Shown: positions 60,747-64,000 of the stretch, in pieces | How positions within the stretch are numbered: position 1 is the stretch's first letter | Layout of the letters: every line of letters begins with the position of its first letter | Source: Spirochaetaceae bacterium | GTDB taxonomy: Bacteria; Spirochaetota; Spirochaetia; DSM-2461 | DNA length: 64,000 bases | Direction of reading: 5' to 3' | NCBI GenBank assembly: GCA_051531975.1 | Contig: JAOPTT010000006.1 | Coordinates: 558,977-622,976 of the forward strand | The notes under the pieces: generated by a model | The model's input: the letters and a program-made list of their open reading frames with translations, nothing else | Database searches by the model: none | What the model was told of the DNA's origin: nothing | Position numbers and translations under genes: made by a program

Positions 60747-62651
60747 GTTTTCTTCATTTTCACATAATTCATCATTAATTTTAATTGTAATAATGATAAT
60801 TAAAGTCAAAAAAATAATATAATTTAATTTATGTTTATCAGAATCCTGATCAGAATGGGAATAAGATCCATGAGAATACATGTTTCTTAACTCTAAGGAA
60901 TTACTAAATTCTTTTTTATTTAAATAATAATTAAAATATTGTTGCTCATCTTGTGAAAATAAACTACTTTCATATCTTAGAAAACCTGACTCAATCATTT
61001 CATTAATTTTTGTTTTCCATCTTTCTGTACAGTTTAAATAATTAATTACATCATAATTATATAAATCACGAATTATTATTATTTTAACAGCATCTGGTAA
61101 AATTATTTGATCATCTTCTGTAAATGATATATAGCCATATCCTTTCAACCACTCTAAATCCTGTTTAACATGTTCACCATAGTCATGTATATATATAGGT
61201 CTTTTAGTTAGTATGTCGAAAAAAGATTTATACTGATGTGTATCATTTTCTAAATAATGAAGAACACATTGATCTGAAAAAAAATAGTAACATATTCTAC
61301 TAAAATCTTTTACATTTGGATATATATATTTCTTTTCAAATAGACTTTTACATTCTTTAAAAAGCAATGGATTAGAAAATAGTTCAAATAATTCTAAATC
61401 AATCTCCTGATCCTCTATATATAGATTATATTTTTTTAAAATCCCCTCAATTTCTGGTGCTATATCTTTACATTTCTGTAAGTAGGTTAAATTCTTTTTA
61501 GGTAAATGAGTTGTAATATTCTGTATATTAAAATTTTCTACTACATATTCAGAATAAAACCATTCTATAACATCTTCTAATTCAATATCATATGAGTTTA
61601 ATAAATCATAATAAGTATATAATTGAATATGTGCAGTCATTTCTTTTTGTTGAAATTCCCAACCAATTTTATAGTGATTTTTTGATCTAATTGTAAATAA
61701 ATCTTCTATTGGTTTTATATCATTTTTATTACTTGTTAAAGTGGTTCTCATTTGATTGTCAACAAAGCAAAATAAATGTATGAAATTATTCAAAATCGTT
61801 GCATTATCAAGATTCTCTTTCAACCAGTTTAAACTGTAGCTAAGTTTTAGTACTTTATCTTCTAATTTTATTTCTACTTCATTCTTTTGATTAGGATCGA
61901 GAATTAAGGAAACACCTGTTTTTATTCCCGTATTATTTTCAAAAAATATCTTAGTCTCAGATTCTATTTTTTTCTTGATTTTTAATCTGATTTTATCAGT
62001 TAGATTAATCATTGGATAAGAATTCATATGTAGAAGTAATTTAAGGTAATTTAAATTTGGTCTATAACTATCTACAAACTTAACGACCATATCATTTACT
62101 TCATCCCTAGTTAGGGATTTAGGTAGAAATAAAGGTTTTGTATATATATCATTTATTTCTAGTATTTTCACTAATAATATTATATTGTGAGGTTTTTGTA
62201 TAAAGTATTGTTTAATGGGTGAATCATAACTATTTACAAGTTTCTTTTCTCTAAGTAATTCACTAACTTCTGGTTGAGATTCCATTATGAAATCACTAAA
62301 TTGATCACTTTTAATTTTTTTTGGTAGATTATATTCTGAAAAGAAAGTCCAAAAATCCTCTTTTAGACTTTCTTCAACATTATCATATATTACAGAAAGA
62401 TTAAGATCAGATGTGATGTTTCTCAGATATGTATTTATTGTTGCTATTATTTTTTTTATTTTAGTAGAACACCATCTGTCTATAATTCCTGCTTTTACAT
62501 ATCTATGAATATTATATAATTCCAGGATATCATTTATTGTAATATTGCTATCTTCAATGTTTTGATTATTAATTATTTTATCAGAATTATTTAAATGATA
62601 AGATCTGGCTAAATCATTTTCAGCTAGAAACTTTATTCTTGTCTTTGTCAT
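60741..62651 (-). CDS. Large hypothetical protein with C-terminal HEPN-like motif
   Basis: 636 aa, AGGAG RBS; LRNMYSHG near the C-terminus. Confidence 0.65.
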   Translation of the reverse strand: MTKTRIKFLAENDLARSYHLNNSDKIINNQNIEDSNITINDILELYNIHRYVKAGIIDRWCSTKIKKIIATINTYLRNITSDLNLSVIYDNVEESLKEDFWTFFSEYNLPKKIKSDQFSDFIMESQPEVSELLREKKLVNSYDSPIKQYFIQKPHNIILLVKILEINDIYTKPLFLPKSLTRDEVNDMVVKFVDSYRPNLNYLKLLLHMNSYPMINLTDKIRLKIKKKIESETKIFFENNTGIKTGVSLILDPNQKNEVEIKLEDKVLKLSYSLNWLKENLDNATILNNFIHLFCFVDNQMRTTLTSNKNDIKPIEDLFTIRSKNHYKIGWEFQQKEMTAHIQLYTYYDLLNSYDIELEDVIEWFYSEYVVENFNIQNITTHLPKKNLTYLQKCKDIAPEIEGILKKYNLYIEDQEIDLELFELFSNPLLFKECKSLFEKKYIYPNVKDFSRICYYFFSDQCVLHYLENDTHQYKSFFDILTKRPIYIHDYGEHVKQDLEWLKGYGYISFTEDDQIILPDAVKIIIIRDLYNYDVINYLNCTERWKTKINEMIESGFLRYESSLFSQDEQQYFNYYLNKKEFSNSLELRNMYSHGSYSHSDQDSDKHKLNYIIFLTLIIIITIKINDELCENEENI

Positions 62652-62803
62652 AATTAATTACTCCTTAATTCCATAATAACTATTGAAACAAATGCAATCA
62701 ATAAAAATTTAATTAAACTAATGTTTTGAAATACATCAAACATATTATTTGAATAATTTTCTATATATCATTTTGAATTACCCTTTCCGCAATACATTGT
62801 TAT

Positions 62804-62854
62804 ATATAACCAATGCAATTTACATATAAGTGTAATATACTTATGCAGCTATTT
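62804..62854 (-). repeat. attC-like half repeat
   Basis: ATAAC...ACATAT......AATATACTTATGCAGCTATTT, matching 63560-63611. Confidence 0.55.
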
Positions 62855-62879
62855 TAAATAAAGAAAACTTATCTACTAA

Positions 62880-63314
62880 TTACTCTAAAATTTTATTACT
62901 TTTTATTTCATCTTTATAAGCATATCTGAAATTGATTGGTGGTGGTGTGTTTTTGCACATGTATAATACTTCATTTATATCAAGGAAATTATCTGCAAAC
63001 ATATCTAAATCAATCTGATCTGTTCTATGTGAGAAAATTATTTTTTTTCTGAGAGCTTTTGCATATCCAATCTCTATGCTTACCATTCTTCCTATGTGTT
63101 TGTCAGGAGCTAAAATATAAATAATTTCTGAAGATCTAATTTTTGAAAAATGATTATTCTGCAATTCTTTCCTAATTTCTGTCGTCATACCTGAATCAGG
63201 AATTTTAAAATCTAGATTAGGGAAAAGTGCAACTATTTGATTCTGTTTGAAGAGACCCATTAGCTCGCGCATTTTAGATGCATTTTTCATACTAGAACAT
63301 ATTGTTATTTTCAT
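62880..63314 (-). CDS. Nucleoside 2-deoxyribosyltransferase-like (NDT superfamily) protein
   Basis: ITICSS, H..KI..S..IY, HIG..V..EIGYA....K.I. Confidence 0.7.
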   Translation of the reverse strand: MKITICSSMKNASKMRELMGLFKQNQIVALFPNLDFKIPDSGMTTEIRKELQNNHFSKIRSSEIIYILAPDKHIGRMVSIEIGYAKALRKKIIFSHRTDQIDLDMFADNFLDINEVLYMCKNTPPPINFRYAYKDEIKSNKILE

Positions 63315-63559
63315 TCATTCTCCATTCTGTAAAAACAATAACACCTAACTCTATCAATTACACAATACTACTTTATTGCTCTCAATATTCTATGATATTC
63401 TTTATTAACAGTAAAATACTTTTTCTAATATTTTTTATGGTTATTATCAATTTTACCACCATATCTGGTGGCATTTAACATATGACATCACTGGTATTCT
63501 TTATAACAATATAAATTACCTTTTAATTCTAACGCACTATATTTCAACAAATACAGTTT

Positions 63560-63611
63560 ACATAACAGTGTAGGATTCACATATGGAGAAAATATACTTA
63601 TACAGCTATTT
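63560..63611 (-). repeat. attC-like half repeat
   Basis: ATAAC...ACATAT......AATATACTTATACAGCTATTT; 21-mer matches 62834-62854 at 20/21. Confidence 0.55.
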
Positions 63612-63700
63612 ACCAATATAGGACTTATAGGTGTAAGCAGGACTATAAACACCTAATGATCACTTTATTACTTACATTAATATTCTCAGTTGCCTATTGA

Positions 63701-63745
63701 AGGGTGGTGGGGGGGCTAGAGGGAAGTAACCTCTGGCTAGTCGAT
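63701..63745 (+). mobile_element. Remnant of a group IIC intron 3' end (3' half of domain V plus domain VI)
   Basis: GGGTGGTGGGGGGGCTAGAGG-GAAGTAA-CCTCTGGCTAGTCGAT resembles the GGTGGTGTGGGGGC...GGCTACCCGAT terminus, with hairpin, bulged A and AT end. Confidence 0.6.
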
Positions 63746-63855
63746 TTATATGGTGACCTCTATTTTATTTAGCAACATTAACACTTCCTAATTATCATTA
63801 TGATCAGTCTATGTAATATTTATTCAACTACTATATTCTAATTTTAATCTAAATT

Positions 63856-64000
63856 TTACATATCTGATATTTCTATAGCTTTCTTTTGTTGTTCAAAATT
63901 TATTTCATTTGAGTTTTTTAAGTTTAAATTAATGAATTTAGGGAATTGAGCAATTGTGAGCAGTGTTACCACAAGTGTTAATCCAATTACAGCATACTGT
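63856..64000 (-). CDS. 3' end of a membrane protein gene entering from the right edge
   Basis: Open frame QYAVIGLTLVVTLLTIAQF...ISDM* reaches the window end. Confidence 0.4.
   Translation of the reverse strand, partial: QYAVIGLTLVVTLLTIAQFPKFINLNLKNSNEINFEQQKKAIEISDM

Larger units (their letters stand above)
33255..64000. mobile_element. tmRNA-integrated genomic (defence) island, right end outside window
   Basis: Integrase directly after ssrA; abrupt switch from housekeeping genes to R-M/TA/nuclease genes and pseudogenes; no repeat of the ssrA 3' end noticed. Confidence 0.85.

Noticed and set aside
33255..64000. Prophage
   Set aside because: No terminase, capsid, tail or lysis genes seen.

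Overview
AT-rich bacterial chromosome segment, very probably a spirochaete (inferred from the cheA-cheW/cheR fusion-cheX-cheY operon, PPi-dependent PFK, tandem lepB and rpsF-ssb-rpsR-rplI-dnaB). Bases 1-33.25 kb are mostly housekeeping genes. They include a 26-bp tandem repeat behind dnaB and an unusual heme-c signalling module between smpB and ssrA (CheY, CheX, a membrane-bound CxxCH/HAMP/Hpt/HATPase CheA-like kinase, a cytochrome P460-family lipoprotein and a DOMON protein). A tmRNA gene (32874-33254) is followed by a tyrosine integrase and a genomic island that runs off the right edge; I saw no attR. The island looks like a defence island: an HNH nuclease, a DUF6338-like protein plus peptide, a Panacea antitoxin plus ART-like toxin, three RxxxxH (HEPN-like) proteins, and a type I R-M operon led by a CBS-HEPN gene with a KAP NTPase inside it. 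It also carries a metallophosphoesterase-STAND plus TPR-MBL pair and a SAM methyltransferase plus NDT-Mrr pair. From about 58.7 kb the genes are separated by a degenerate family of attC-like repeats, one carrying a group IIC intron 3'-end remnant, which suggests a decayed integron cassette array. All family calls come from reading motifs by eye; no database searches were run.
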